Below are positions 18,459 through 28,825 of a stretch of 64,000 nt of DNA, piece by piece. The translations under genes were made by a program, and so were the position numbers. Position 1 is the stretch's first letter, and the number at the start of each line of letters is the position of its first letter. Source of the DNA: Bacteroidota bacterium (GTDB taxonomy: Bacteria; Bacteroidota; Bacteroidia; Bacteroidales; VadinHA17); assembly GCA_037127735.1 (NCBI GenBank), contig JBAXXU010000005.1:3700-67699 (forward strand), in the 5' to 3' direction. The notes beneath the pieces are model-generated. The model made no database searches, was not told where the DNA came from, and worked only from the letters and a program-made list of their open reading frames with translations.

Positions 18459-19211
18459 ATGCCAACTGATAATGTAATAGAAGTCATAAACGTCTGTAAA
18501 TCCTTCAAGACCGTACAAGCAGTGAAGGGTATTGATCTTAAAATACCTAAAGGTCAGTTTGTTGCAATTCTTGGTCCCAATGGGGCCGGTAAAACCACAC
18601 TTGTCGAGATGATTGAAGGCATTCAGAAACCTGATAAAGGTGATATATTCATAATGGGGAAAAAATGGAAGGGAAATGAAGACGAACTTCACCGTATAAT
18701 AGGACTATCTCTCCAGGAAACAAGATTTATTGATAAACTCAGGGTTTCAGAAACATTACAGCTTTTCGCAGGGTTTTTTGACCTAGGGAAAGAACGGGTT
18801 AATGAGATTATTGACATTGTCGGACTTGAAGAAAAACGAAAATCGTATGTAGTAAATCTTTCAGGCGGACAAAGACAACGGTTGGCAATTGGCATTTCCC
18901 TGATCAATAAACCTGCAATTCTTCTTCTTGATGAACCTACAACGGGACTCGATCCTAATGCCAGAAGAGAGATATGGGAAATTCTCCATAACCTGAAGGA
19001 GAAATCTGAAACGTCAATGATACTGACAACACATTATATGGAAGAGGCCGAAAACCTCTGCGACTACATTATAATAATGGATAATGGCGTAATTCTAAAA
19101 GAAGGAACTTTACAGCAACTTCTTGACGAAGCACCGATAAGGACTGAATTCCGGCAAAAAACACTTGATGATCTTTTTGTCTCATTAACAGGAAGAAAGA
19201 TAAATGAATAG
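18459..19211 (+). CDS. ABC-2 type exporter ATP-binding protein
   Basis: [35 protein letters not shown]. Confidence 0.9.
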   Translation: MPTDNVIEVINVCKSFKTVQAVKGIDLKIPKGQFVAILGPNGAGKTTLVEMIEGIQKPDKGDIFIMGKKWKGNEDELHRIIGLSLQETRFIDKLRVSETLQLFAGFFDLGKERVNEIIDIVGLEEKRKSYVVNLSGGQRQRLAIGISLINKPAILLLDEPTTGLDPNARREIWEILHNLKEKSETSMILTTHYMEEAENLCDYIIIMDNGVILKEGTLQQLLDEAPIRTEFRQKTLDDLFVSLTGRKINE

Positions 19212-20346
19212 ATGGTTGAGATTTAACCAGTTATGGCAGCTTACATCTGCCTTATTCAGGGAAATCATCCGCGAACCGGGAGTGCTTTTCTGGGGGATCC
19301 TCTTCCCTATCCTGATGTCGCTGGGGCTGGGTCTCGCTTTTACAAAAAAGGCAGATGTAATACGAAAAATCGCGATCATAAATAATACTGGGAGATCAGC
19401 TACCCAATCAAACGATACAGTTGTATTTAACTTTCTTAAGAACAAATGTGATAAAAACATCTCTATAGAAAAGGAGACCTGGCAATGGAAATATATTATA
19501 AAAGATGATAAGCTTGGAAATTCAATTTTTCTGTTCTACGATATGGAATGGAATGAGGCAATGAAATTTCTTAAAAGAGGCACGATTAATGTACTTCTTC
19601 TTGAATTGAACGACTCTGTTGAGTACCATTTTGATCCGATGAATCCCGATGCGGAACTGACATATCTGAAGCTTAGTAATCTTATTGGGAAAGGGGGAAC
19701 ACTGCCTGTTAAAAGCAATTTTGAAATTAAGCCGCTTACTGTTACAGGTACACGATATATCGATTTTCTTGTACCTGGTCTTATAACGATGGGCGTGATG
19801 ATGTCGTGCATGTGGGGAATAAGTTACGGAATAATTGAAAAGAGGTCGAAGAAGCTGTTAAGAAGACTTGTAGCTACTCCAATGAAAAAATCACATTTCC
19901 TCATAGCGCTTATAACTGTCAGGATTACTATGAATTTTATCGAATCGCTGGTTCTCCTTGTTTTTTCTCTTTTTGTTTTCAGGATGACAATCCAGGGGGA
20001 TATCACAGCTCTCATTCTAATGTATCTTGCCGGGAATATTGCTTTCGCCGGTATAGCTGTTTTTGTTTCATCAAATACATCAAATACCGAGGTGGGTAAT
20101 GGCCTTATTAATTTTGTTGTATTTCCGATGATGGTACTTTCAGGTATATTCTTCAGTTATCAGAATTTCCCCGACTGGAGTCTTCCTGTAATTAGAAATC
20201 TTCCCTTAACGATGATGACTGACGGGATAAGAAGTATTTTCAATGAAGGGGCAGGCTATCATGAAGTTGCAATGCCAATACTGATTCTGATCTCAACAGG
20301 TGTTCTGTTTTTTACAGCCGGACTGAAAATATTCAAGTGGCATTAA
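19204..20346 (+). CDS. ABC-2 type exporter permease
   Basis: RYIDFLVPGL, LRRL.ATP, six TM segments; overlaps the ATPase gene. Confidence 0.85.
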   Translation: MNRWLRFNQLWQLTSALFREIIREPGVLFWGILFPILMSLGLGLAFTKKADVIRKIAIINNTGRSATQSNDTVVFNFLKNKCDKNISIEKETWQWKYIIKDDKLGNSIFLFYDMEWNEAMKFLKRGTINVLLLELNDSVEYHFDPMNPDAELTYLKLSNLIGKGGTLPVKSNFEIKPLTVTGTRYIDFLVPGLITMGVMMSCMWGISYGIIEKRSKKLLRRLVATPMKKSHFLIALITVRITMNFIESLVLLVFSLFVFRMTIQGDITALILMYLAGNIAFAGIAVFVSSNTSNTEVGNGLINFVVFPMMVLSGIFFSYQNFPDWSLPVIRNLPLTMMTDGIRSIFNEGAGYHEVAMPILILISTGVLFFTAGLKIFKWH

Positions 20347-20533
20347 ATAAATTCTTAAGGCAAATTTCAAAATCCATTAACCGCTAAGGTTGTCAAGTCC
20401 AATTGTAAAAATCCAGCCTGCTGCAGTTACAAACTACTCCTTTTATATCAAATAATTTGTTAAATAATGCAACAATTCAATCTTCTTCCTGTCTTTATTT
20501 CAGAATTGTTTAAACAATATAATAAGAAAAAAT

Positions 20534-21253
20534 ATGAAACGTCTGAAAATTTTAACTTTCGCCATCGCCATCCTGAGTATTACTGCATGTATTAACGGTC
20601 AGATGCGTAAGACTGTTTGGGGTGACAAAAAAATAGTCACCAAAGAGAGAAAAACAGAGCCATTCACAGGTATTAAAGTTAGTACCGGAATTGATGTTTT
20701 TCTGAAACAGGGTAATAATGAGGCAGTATCAGTCGAAGCAGATGAAAATCTTCATGAGTATATCCTTACCGAAGTAAGGGATGGGGTGCTAAATGTTTAT
20801 ACTGATGCCAATATCCGTAGCGCAGAGAGGAAAAGGGTATATGTTACAATGAAAGAGGTTAAGTCGATAAGAACTACCAGCGCCGGAGATGTTATTGGTG
20901 AAGCACCACTTAAAAGTGACAAACTCGAATTATCGGCAAGCAGCGCGGGTAATATTAAGCTGGAAGTGTTTGCAAAAGAAATTAACTTAGATATATCCAG
21001 TTCAGGCGATATAACTCTTGCAGGCGAAGCTGATATTCTTGAAGCTGATCTCAGTAGCGCAGGCGATCTGAATGCTTATGATCTGAAAGTAAGAGAAGCC
21101 GATGTTTCAGCCTCAAGCGCCGGGGATGCCGACATTAATGTTTCGGAAAAAATTACAGCAAGGGCCTCAAGTGCAGGAGATATCAATTATCAGGGTAATC
21201 CCAAATATGTCGATGCTAACTCCTCAAGCGCAGGAGGAATTCACAAAAGATAA
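20534..21253 (+). CDS. DUF2807 (GIN-domain) lipoprotein
   Basis: Lipobox SITAC; V.VEADENL; repeated SSAG beta-helix units; I.Y.GNP. Confidence 0.85.
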   Translation: MKRLKILTFAIAILSITACINGQMRKTVWGDKKIVTKERKTEPFTGIKVSTGIDVFLKQGNNEAVSVEADENLHEYILTEVRDGVLNVYTDANIRSAERKRVYVTMKEVKSIRTTSAGDVIGEAPLKSDKLELSASSAGNIKLEVFAKEINLDISSSGDITLAGEADILEADLSSAGDLNAYDLKVREADVSASSAGDADINVSEKITARASSAGDINYQGNPKYVDANSSSAGGIHKR

Positions 21254-21288
21254 TTTCTATTCAATATATATTCCCCGCATCATTTTAG

Positions 21289-21319
21289 AAGCCGATGGAT
21301 TAATACCATCGGCTTTTTT
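21289..21319 (+). terminator. Rho-independent terminator
   Basis: aagccgatgg/ccatcggctt stem followed by a T-run. Confidence 0.8.
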
Positions 21320-21386
21320 ATTATTTTTGTAATCCGGTCAGAGAACCTGTTTGAATAATGAATCTGATATTAAATGATACAGAAAT

Positions 21387-22727
21387 ATGAAAGAAAATTT
21401 AAGTGTTAATCTGAAAAACGCGAGCGGGATAATCTCTTATGAAGAGGTTGTTGCTCTTGCACAACAATCGCTCAGCCATCTCGATACTCTAAATGCCGGA
21501 ACGGGTTCAGGAAATGATTATTTGGGGTGGCTGACGCTTCCCGATGACATCCTTCCACAGTTTGATAAGATTGAAAAAACTGCAAAACATCTTAGATCTG
21601 TTTCCGATACAACAGTTATAATTGGAATTGGAGGATCATACCTGGGGTCGAGAGCAGTGATTGAAGCCCTTTCTCATTCGTTCTCTTCTCTTATGAAAAC
21701 AAAACACCATGACGTTATATATGCCGGCCAGAATATTTGTGAAGATTACCTGTCCGATCTTCTCGAAATACTTGATGGAAGAAATTATTCTATCGTTGTA
21801 ATCTCAAAATCAGGAACTACCACCGAGCCTGCCATTGCCTTCAGAATACTTAAGGATCACCTCGAGAGAAAGGTAGGAAAACCTGTAGCAGCCGACAGGA
21901 TCATTGCCATAACAGATGCAAAAAAAGGAGCTCTTCTTTCGCTCTCTGAAACTAACGGTTATGAAACCTTTATTATACCAGATAATATTGGAGGACGTTA
22001 TTCTGTTCTTACTCCCGTTGGATTACTCCCAATTGCTTTAGCCGGAATAGATATAAGAACACTTGTTAAAGGAGCAAAATCAATGGAGGAACTGACAAGA
22101 AGTAATAGAAACGCAGCTACCAATCCATCACTTCTTTATGCTGCCGCAAGAAATCTTTTACTCCAGAGTGGCAAACCGATTGAAATAATGGTAGGGTTCA
22201 CACCGAAACTTCATTTCATGTCTGGATGGTGGAAACAATTATATGGTGAAAGTGAAGGAAAAGACGGAAAGGGAATATTCCCCGCTTCAGTTGAAATGAC
22301 AACTGACCTGCATTCATTAGGCCAGTATATTCAGGATGGTCAGAGGATCATTTTTGAAACAATGATTTCAGTAATAAATTCAAAAAAAAAACTTACTATA
22401 CCCGCTGACAAAGATGACTCTGATCAGCTTAATTATCTTGCAGGGAAAAGACTTTCGGAAGTTAACCATAATGCAGAAATCGGAACAACCCTCGCACACA
22501 ATGATGGCAACGTACCGATAATTTCAATCACCATTCCTTCTCTTGATGAGTACTATATCGGGCAGTTGATATATTTCTTTGAGCTGGCCTGTGCCGTTAG
22601 CGGGTATATTCTTGATGTCAATCCATTTGATCAGCCGGGTGTAGAAGCTTACAAAAAGAATATGTTTGCCCTGCTTAACAAACCAGGTTTCGAAGAAGCA
22701 GGGAAAAAGCTAAAGGAAAGACTCTGA
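21387..22727 (+). CDS. pgi: Glucose-6-phosphate isomerase
   Basis: GIGGSYLG, SKSGTTTEP, GGRYSVL, QLYGESEGK, NPFDQPGVEAYK. Confidence 0.95.
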   Translation: MKENLSVNLKNASGIISYEEVVALAQQSLSHLDTLNAGTGSGNDYLGWLTLPDDILPQFDKIEKTAKHLRSVSDTTVIIGIGGSYLGSRAVIEALSHSFSSLMKTKHHDVIYAGQNICEDYLSDLLEILDGRNYSIVVISKSGTTTEPAIAFRILKDHLERKVGKPVAADRIIAITDAKKGALLSLSETNGYETFIIPDNIGGRYSVLTPVGLLPIALAGIDIRTLVKGAKSMEELTRSNRNAATNPSLLYAAARNLLLQSGKPIEIMVGFTPKLHFMSGWWKQLYGESEGKDGKGIFPASVEMTTDLHSLGQYIQDGQRIIFETMISVINSKKKLTIPADKDDSDQLNYLAGKRLSEVNHNAEIGTTLAHNDGNVPIISITIPSLDEYYIGQLIYFFELACAVSGYILDVNPFDQPGVEAYKKNMFALLNKPGFEEAGKKLKERL

Positions 22728-22760
22728 TAACACAAATGAAATTAACTAAAAAATACTGAA

Positions 22761-25094
22761 ATGAAAAATGTAAAAACTTTCCTTTTTCTGGTGCTGGTAA
22801 TATCAACTACAACTATTTTCCAAGGTTGTAAAAACTGGAGTGAATCAGGAACGGGTTCTCTCCGTAATGTAACTAACAAAGGGGGTCAAACCCTTGGATA
22901 TGATACCACATCTGGTGTTAAATTATTAACAGTCAAAGGATTTGCCTTTAAAGATCTGAACAGGAACGGGAAACTTGACATTTATGAAGACTGGAGTAAA
23001 AGCGCAGATGATCGGGCAAAAGACCTGGCATCAAAAATGACAATTGACCAGATTGCCGGATTAATGCTTTATAGCGCCCATCAGGCAATTCCTTCAGGAA
23101 ATACGAGATTTGGCGCTAGTACATATAACGGCAAACCTTTTGCGGAAAGTGGGGCAAAAGCTTCGGACCTCAGCGACCAACAGATTAAATTTCTTACCAG
23201 CGATAACCTCCGTCATGTACTTATTACTTCTGTGGAAAGTCCGGAAGTGGCTGCTATATGGAATAATAAGGTACAGGCTCTTTGCGAAAGTATCGGATTT
23301 GGTATTCCTACGAATAACAGTTCCGATCCAAGACATCGTTCAACGTCAGATGTTGAATATAATGTTGGTTCTGCAGGACAAATCTCAATGTGGCCCGGTT
23401 CACTCGGTATGGCTGCAACTTTCGATCCGGCTGTTGTAAAATTATTCGGGCAAGTTGCCGCGAAGGAATACCGTGCATTAGGTATTTCAACAGCATTATC
23501 ACCACAGATTGACCTGGCTACCGAACCTCGTTGGGCCAGGGTTAACGGCACGTTCGGTGAAAACCCGCGACTCTCAGCCGATATGGCACGGGCTTATGTT
23601 GATGGTTTTCAGACATCTCTGAATGACAAGGTTATTTCAGGCGGTTGGGGTTATACAAGCGTAAATACTATGATAAAACATTGGCCCGGCGGTGGTCCGG
23701 AAGAGGGAGGGCGCGATGCTCATTTTGCATTCGGGAAATATGCAGTTTATCCGGGTAATAATCTTTCAGATCACCTTATCCCCTTTACTGAAGGAGCTTT
23801 CAAACTTGAAGGCGAAACAAAAATGGCATCAGCAGTAATGCCTTATTATACAATATCGAATGGTATCGACACAAAAAATAATGAAAATGTCGGGAACAGC
23901 TATAACAAGTTTATTATTAATGATCTCCTAAGGGGGAAGTACGGTTTTGACGGTGTAGTCTGTACCGACTGGGGTGTAACCAGCGATGAGAGGGCCGTTG
24001 ACGGATTTGGTACTACCTGCTGGGGTGTTGAAACCTTATCGATAGCTGAAAGGCATTACAAAATTATTATGGCCGGGGTTGACCAGTTTGGTGGTAATAA
24101 TGATGCCGGCCCTGTTATTGAGGCATATAAGATGGGAATAATAGAACATGGCGAAGAATATATGAGAGCCCGCATGGAAGAGTCTGCAGTTCGTCTTCTG
24201 AAAAATATACTCCGTGTTGGACTATTCGAAAATCCCTACCTAAATGTTGACGAGACAAAAAAGATTGTTGGAAATGAGGAATTCATGAAAGCCGGATATA
24301 AAGCCCAGTTGAAATCGATAGTTATGTTGAAAAATAAGAATAAAGTACTCCCTGTTGAAAAACAGAAAACTGTTTACATTCCCAAGAGAGTGACAGCAGC
24401 CGGCAGAGATTTCTTTGGCGGCCCAACCCCGGCATCAGTTGATTATCCGGTTAATATCAACCTTGTAAAGAAATATTTCAAGGTTACTGATAATCCTTCT
24501 GAAGCTGATTTTGCCCTTGTCATTATAAGGAACCCAAATTCCGGTAGCGGATACGACCCTGCCGATGTGAAAAAAGGGGGTAATGGCTATGTGCCAATCA
24601 GTTTGCAATACAGTACATATAAAGCTATTGAAGCCCGTGATCCTAGTCTTGCCGGTGGAGACCCACTTGAGAAATTCACAAATCGCACCTTCAGGAATAA
24701 AACAGTTAATTCATCCAATGCAAGTGATCTAAATATGGTACTGGATGCTAAAAAAGTTATGAAAGATAAACCTGTTATTGTATCAATAGCTATGTCAAAG
24801 CCAATGGTATTCAGTGAATTCGAAAAAGACGCGAATGCTATTCTTGTTACTTTCGATGTACAGGACCAGGCTATCCTTGATATACTCACCGGAGCTACTG
24901 AACCTTCAGGATTATTACCTATGCAGATGCCTGCAGATATGAAGACTGTTGAAATTCAAAAAGAAGATGTGACTTTCGATATGACATGCCATGTTGATTC
25001 AGAAGGAAATACCTATGATTTTGGTTTCGGATTAAACTGGAGCGGGGTTATCAAGGATGCAAGGGTTGAAAAATATAAAAAGATGGTACAATAA
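22761..25094 (+). CDS. GH3 beta-glucosidase-like lipoprotein
   Basis: Lipobox FQGC; SPQIDLATEPRW, KHWPG, VCTDW nucleophile motif. Confidence 0.9.
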   Translation: MKNVKTFLFLVLVISTTTIFQGCKNWSESGTGSLRNVTNKGGQTLGYDTTSGVKLLTVKGFAFKDLNRNGKLDIYEDWSKSADDRAKDLASKMTIDQIAGLMLYSAHQAIPSGNTRFGASTYNGKPFAESGAKASDLSDQQIKFLTSDNLRHVLITSVESPEVAAIWNNKVQALCESIGFGIPTNNSSDPRHRSTSDVEYNVGSAGQISMWPGSLGMAATFDPAVVKLFGQVAAKEYRALGISTALSPQIDLATEPRWARVNGTFGENPRLSADMARAYVDGFQTSLNDKVISGGWGYTSVNTMIKHWPGGGPEEGGRDAHFAFGKYAVYPGNNLSDHLIPFTEGAFKLEGETKMASAVMPYYTISNGIDTKNNENVGNSYNKFIINDLLRGKYGFDGVVCTDWGVTSDERAVDGFGTTCWGVETLSIAERHYKIIMAGVDQFGGNNDAGPVIEAYKMGIIEHGEEYMRARMEESAVRLLKNILRVGLFENPYLNVDETKKIVGNEEFMKAGYKAQLKSIVMLKNKNKVLPVEKQKTVYIPKRVTAAGRDFFGGPTPASVDYPVNINLVKKYFKVTDNPSEADFALVIIRNPNSGSGYDPADVKKGGNGYVPISLQYSTYKAIEARDPSLAGGDPLEKFTNRTFRNKTVNSSNASDLNMVLDAKKVMKDKPVIVSIAMSKPMVFSEFEKDANAILVTFDVQDQAILDILTGATEPSGLLPMQMPADMKTVEIQKEDVTFDMTCHVDSEGNTYDFGFGLNWSGVIKDARVEKYKKMVQ

Positions 25095-25102
25095 CACCGT
25101 TT

Positions 25103-25224
25103 CTCCCCCCTTAAACCCCCAAATGGGGGCTTAAACTCGCATATTTTACTGATAACAAATCAATGCCAATATTTTTGATAAATAATGCTAAAGCCCCCCA
25201 TTTGGGGGGTTGGGGGGTAAAAAG
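25103..25224. repeat. Inverted pair of REP-like G/C-tract palindromes between convergent genes
   Basis: cccccaaatgggggc hairpin on + (~25103-25132) and taccccccaaccccccaaatggggggct on - (~25192-25219). Confidence 0.75.
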
Positions 25225-26568
25225 TCAGGATTTGAGATTATGTTTCTTCACGAACTCTTCAACCACCTGCGAAAGATTCGGATCGCCAATCTCCTGAAGG
25301 TCATAATAGACCCTTGTATTAGGTTTCTTAATTTTTATTATTCTGTTCAGGTCGATAGGAGTTGCAATTATAACACTGTCGCAATCGGTGTTATTTATTG
25401 TAGTCTCCAGATCCTTTAACTGTTGTTCACCATAACCCATTGCCGGTAAAAGAGTTCCGATATTCGGATATTGTCTGAATGTATCGCTCAGTCTGCCAAC
25501 GGTGAACGGACGCGGATCAACAAGTTCTGAAGCGCCGAATTTACGCGCGGCAACAACTCCTGCACCCAGTTTCATTTCGCCATGTGTCAGGGTAGGACCA
25601 TCTTCAACAACAAGAACTCTCTTACCCCTGATCAAAGAAGAATCGTCAACTTTAATAGGCGAAGCTCCATCAATAACAATTGCTTTCGGATTAACCTTAT
25701 CAATGCTTTCTCTTACAATCTGAATTGCTTCCGGAGCAGCGCTGTCCATCTTGTTTATTACCACCACATCGGCAATACGGAGAGTGACTTCACCAGGATA
25801 GTACCCGAGTTCATGGCCCGCGCGATGAGGGTCAGTAACTGTAATCATAAGATCGGGCTTATAGAATGGAAAATCATTATTACCTCCGTCCCAGAGGATT
25901 ACATCACACCCGGAAGGATCATTTTCAGCTGCACGCAGTATAGCTTCATAATCAACACCCGCGTAGATGACATTTCCTCTGACTACATGAGGTTCATACT
26001 CTTCCATTTCCTCAACCGTACATTTATGCTTTTCCAGGTCTTTAACCACTGCAAACCGTTGAACTTTCTGTGCATTAAGGTCGCCATAAGGCATCGGATG
26101 GCGAATCGCAACTACGTTTAAGCCCTTTTCCATGAGGAGTTCAATAATTTTTCTTGACGTCTGGCTTTTCCCGCAACCCGTTCTGATGGCGCCAACAGCG
26201 ATAACCGGTTTGATACTTTTTACCATAGTATCTGCCGGCCCGAGCAATACAAAATTTGCCCCTGCGGCATTAACTATCGCGCTTACCGACATCACTTTCT
26301 GGTATGTAACATCACTATATGAAAAAACACAATCGGCGACTTTAAATTTTTTAATCAGTTCAGGAAGGTTTTCTTCAGCAAAAATCGGGATACCATCAGG
26401 GTAAAGTTTTCCTGCAAGTTCTTCAGGATACTTTCTGCCGTCAATATCGGGTATCTGAGCAGCTGTAAATGCAACAACATTGTAATAATCATTATCTCTG
26501 TAACAGGTATTGAAATTATGGAAATCCCTGCCTGCCGCACCAATTATGATGACATTTTTTTTAGTCAT
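25225..26568 (-). CDS. COG2403 P-loop NTPase (cDPG-synthetase-like); probable arginine synthetase ArcE homolog
   Basis: GAAGRDFHNFN, VAFTA.QIPDI.GR.YP, RTGCGKSQ, RHPMPYGDL, EEYEPH, WDGGNND, VEDGPTLTHG. Confidence 0.75.
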   Translation of the reverse strand: MTKKNVIIIGAAGRDFHNFNTCYRDNDYYNVVAFTAAQIPDIDGRKYPEELAGKLYPDGIPIFAEENLPELIKKFKVADCVFSYSDVTYQKVMSVSAIVNAAGANFVLLGPADTMVKSIKPVIAVGAIRTGCGKSQTSRKIIELLMEKGLNVVAIRHPMPYGDLNAQKVQRFAVVKDLEKHKCTVEEMEEYEPHVVRGNVIYAGVDYEAILRAAENDPSGCDVILWDGGNNDFPFYKPDLMITVTDPHRAGHELGYYPGEVTLRIADVVVINKMDSAAPEAIQIVRESIDKVNPKAIVIDGASPIKVDDSSLIRGKRVLVVEDGPTLTHGEMKLGAGVVAARKFGASELVDPRPFTVGRLSDTFRQYPNIGTLLPAMGYGEQQLKDLETTINNTDCDSVIIATPIDLNRIIKIKKPNTRVYYDLQEIGDPNLSQVVEEFVKKHNLKS

Positions 26569-26788
26569 AAATCCTCCTTATCGTTTTTTAATGAATCAGC
26601 AAATGTATAATTTGCAAAGCGCAATTCCGAGCATTTTAAAGTATTTTTTTGAATGTCGTTTCTATGCATTAATTTGCTCATTATTAATCTGTTAATGCTG
26701 TTTTTTGAATGATACGAAAACATGTTAAAGAAAATGTTTTCCATAAGATAAGGTATATGGCAAATTCTTTGTACTATTATGTCAATTT

Positions 26789-27400
26789 ATGAATGTTTTA
26801 GCTCACATATATCTTTCAGGTGATTCTGATAAAATAATCATTGGTAATTACATCGGTGATTATGTAAAAGGACGCGATTACCTTAAGTACCCCGATCTTA
26901 TCAGAAAAGGCATTATCCTTCATCGCCATATTGATGGGTTTACTGATCGTCATCCTGTTGTTCACCGAAGCAAGATATTCTTTACAAGGAAATATCATAA
27001 ATATTCAGGGGTTATCACCGACATCATCTATGACCATTTTCTGACTAAGGAATGGGATTTTTTTTCAAGAAGGCCACTTGAAAGTGTTACTTACAATTTT
27101 TACAGGGCGCTCGTTAACAATTATGAGATAATGCCGGAAAACGTCAGGGAAATGATGCCCTTTTTTATAATTAACAACTGGATTGAATCATACCAGACAA
27201 AAAACGGGATCCGTCATGTGCTGAATACGTTAAGTAAACGATCGACTCTCCCGAACGAAACACGATTTGCCATGCGCGCGCTCAAAAAAAACTATTACTC
27301 TCTGCAGGACGATTTCATGGAGTTTTTCCCACAACTTATAGATTATGTTGAAAAGGATTTTGGTGTTGAAATCTCGCACAGGATAACAATACCATTCTAA
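26789..27400 (+). CDS. acpH: Acyl carrier protein phosphodiesterase (DUF479)
   Basis: MN.LAH..LS, GNYIGDYVKG, GI.LHR.ID.FTD.HP, D...DHFL. Confidence 0.85.
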   Translation: MNVLAHIYLSGDSDKIIIGNYIGDYVKGRDYLKYPDLIRKGIILHRHIDGFTDRHPVVHRSKIFFTRKYHKYSGVITDIIYDHFLTKEWDFFSRRPLESVTYNFYRALVNNYEIMPENVREMMPFFIINNWIESYQTKNGIRHVLNTLSKRSTLPNETRFAMRALKKNYYSLQDDFMEFFPQLIDYVEKDFGVEISHRITIPF

Positions 27401-28825
27401 TCAAACAAGGTACTCCGTTCGGCTTGCATCAAGCCTTAGAAAAATAAACAAAAGAATTGTGAATGCCCATAAAGAACTGCCTCCATAACTAAAAAACGGT
27501 AACGGTATCCCAATTACCGGTACAATGCCAATGGCCATACCTATATTTAAGAAGAAATGGATAAACAGAATTGAGACTACGCCATACCCATATATTCGTG
27601 AAAAGACAGATCGCTGTCGTTCAGCCAGGAAAATCAATCTTAAAAGGAGCCACAAATACATCCCTATTAATACAAAAGAACCAAGGAAACCCCATTCCTC
27701 ACCAACAGTGCAGAAAATAAAATCCGAACTCTGTTTAGGAACAAATTTAAACCTGGTCTGGGTACCTTTTAAAAAACCTTTCCCGAAGAATCCCCCGGAA
27801 CCTATCGAGATTATTGACTGGTTAACATTATAACCTGTTCCATGTAAATCTGACTTAGATCCGAGAAGAATGTTCACTCTGTCTTTTTGATGAGGTTTAA
27901 GTATATTATTAAAGGTATAATTGACTGAATTTACATATAAGATACTTCCTAAAAGGAACAAATATATTGTCAATACAGCAGCTGCTTTCCTGCTATAAAT
28001 ATAATATGCGTAAGCTACTCCTGAAAGTATGAGAGAAAGGGAGATAATCATCTCATTACCAATGCTTTTAAGTACATAAAAATTAAGTGCATACAAAAGC
28101 CCGGTAATAAAAATGAAAATTCCTGAACCGACAATACACAATTCCCATTTTCGTGTTGCAAACCAAACAAGAAGAGATGCGATAACAATCAATGCGACTT
28201 CAAGATAGATATTGTTTATAATAAGAGTGAGGAAGAAAAGGATTAACATCAGCAATCCCGATACAAATATATAGGGGCTCATTCCTTCTCTGAAAAGTAC
28301 TAAAATTAATGCAAAATAGACTATTGAAGAGCCCATATCCGGCTGAAGAGCTGTAAGAAGAACGGGGAAAAAAATAATTAATGATGCAGTAATTATCACT
28401 CTTTTTTTTGTCAGTTCCTGCCTCTTGGTATTTAAATAACCGGCTAATGCCAGTGCAGTTCCAAACTTGGCAAACTCAGAAGGTTGCAGAGTTAACCCTC
28501 CAAATTCAAACCACGATTTTGCACCGTTAATTTCATTTCCAATAATAAGCACCAGAATCAGAAGCAACATCAGGATACCATAAATGAACAAGGAAAAAAA
28601 GAAATAGAATCTGTTGTCAATTATTACTACAAAAATGGCGAGTATCAGAGAAGTAACAATCCAGACAAACTGCTTACCATAACGTTGTGACAGGTCGAAT
28701 ATCCCGGAATGTTCTTCACTATATACGGCAGCATAAATATTTAACCATCCCATGATAATCATGGATAGAAACAGGAAAATTGTGGTCTTGTCAATCCCTT
28801 TCCAGATATTAATGCTGCGCTTCAC
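27401..28825 (-). CDS. rodA: Rod shape-determining protein RodA
   Basis: GAKSW, LQPSEFAK, LQPDMG, DFIF..VGEEWG, PLPFFSYGGSS; downstream of mrdA. Confidence 0.95.
   Translation of the reverse strand: MKRSINIWKGIDKTTIFLFLSMIIMGWLNIYAAVYSEEHSGIFDLSQRYGKQFVWIVTSLILAIFVVIIDNRFYFFFSLFIYGILMLLLILVLIIGNEINGAKSWFEFGGLTLQPSEFAKFGTALALAGYLNTKRQELTKKRVIITASLIIFFPVLLTALQPDMGSSIVYFALILVLFREGMSPYIFVSGLLMLILFFLTLIINNIYLEVALIVIASLLVWFATRKWELCIVGSGIFIFITGLLYALNFYVLKSIGNEMIISLSLILSGVAYAYYIYSRKAAAVLTIYLFLLGSILYVNSVNYTFNNILKPHQKDRVNILLGSKSDLHGTGYNVNQSIISIGSGGFFGKGFLKGTQTRFKFVPKQSSDFIFCTVGEEWGFLGSFVLIGMYLWLLLRLIFLAERQRSVFSRIYGYGVVSILFIHFFLNIGMAIGIVPVIGIPLPFFSYGGSSLWAFTILLFIFLRLDASRTEYLV

Noticed and set aside
20534-21253. 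Repeated SSAG motif as a novel repeat protein
   Set aside because: Normal beta-helix repeat of the DUF2807/GIN family.
26590-26690. ARG boxes upstream of the ArcE-like gene
   Set aside because: tgtataatttgca is one base short of the box spacing, tgcattaatttgct is a poor match, and there is no 21-bp tandem geometry.
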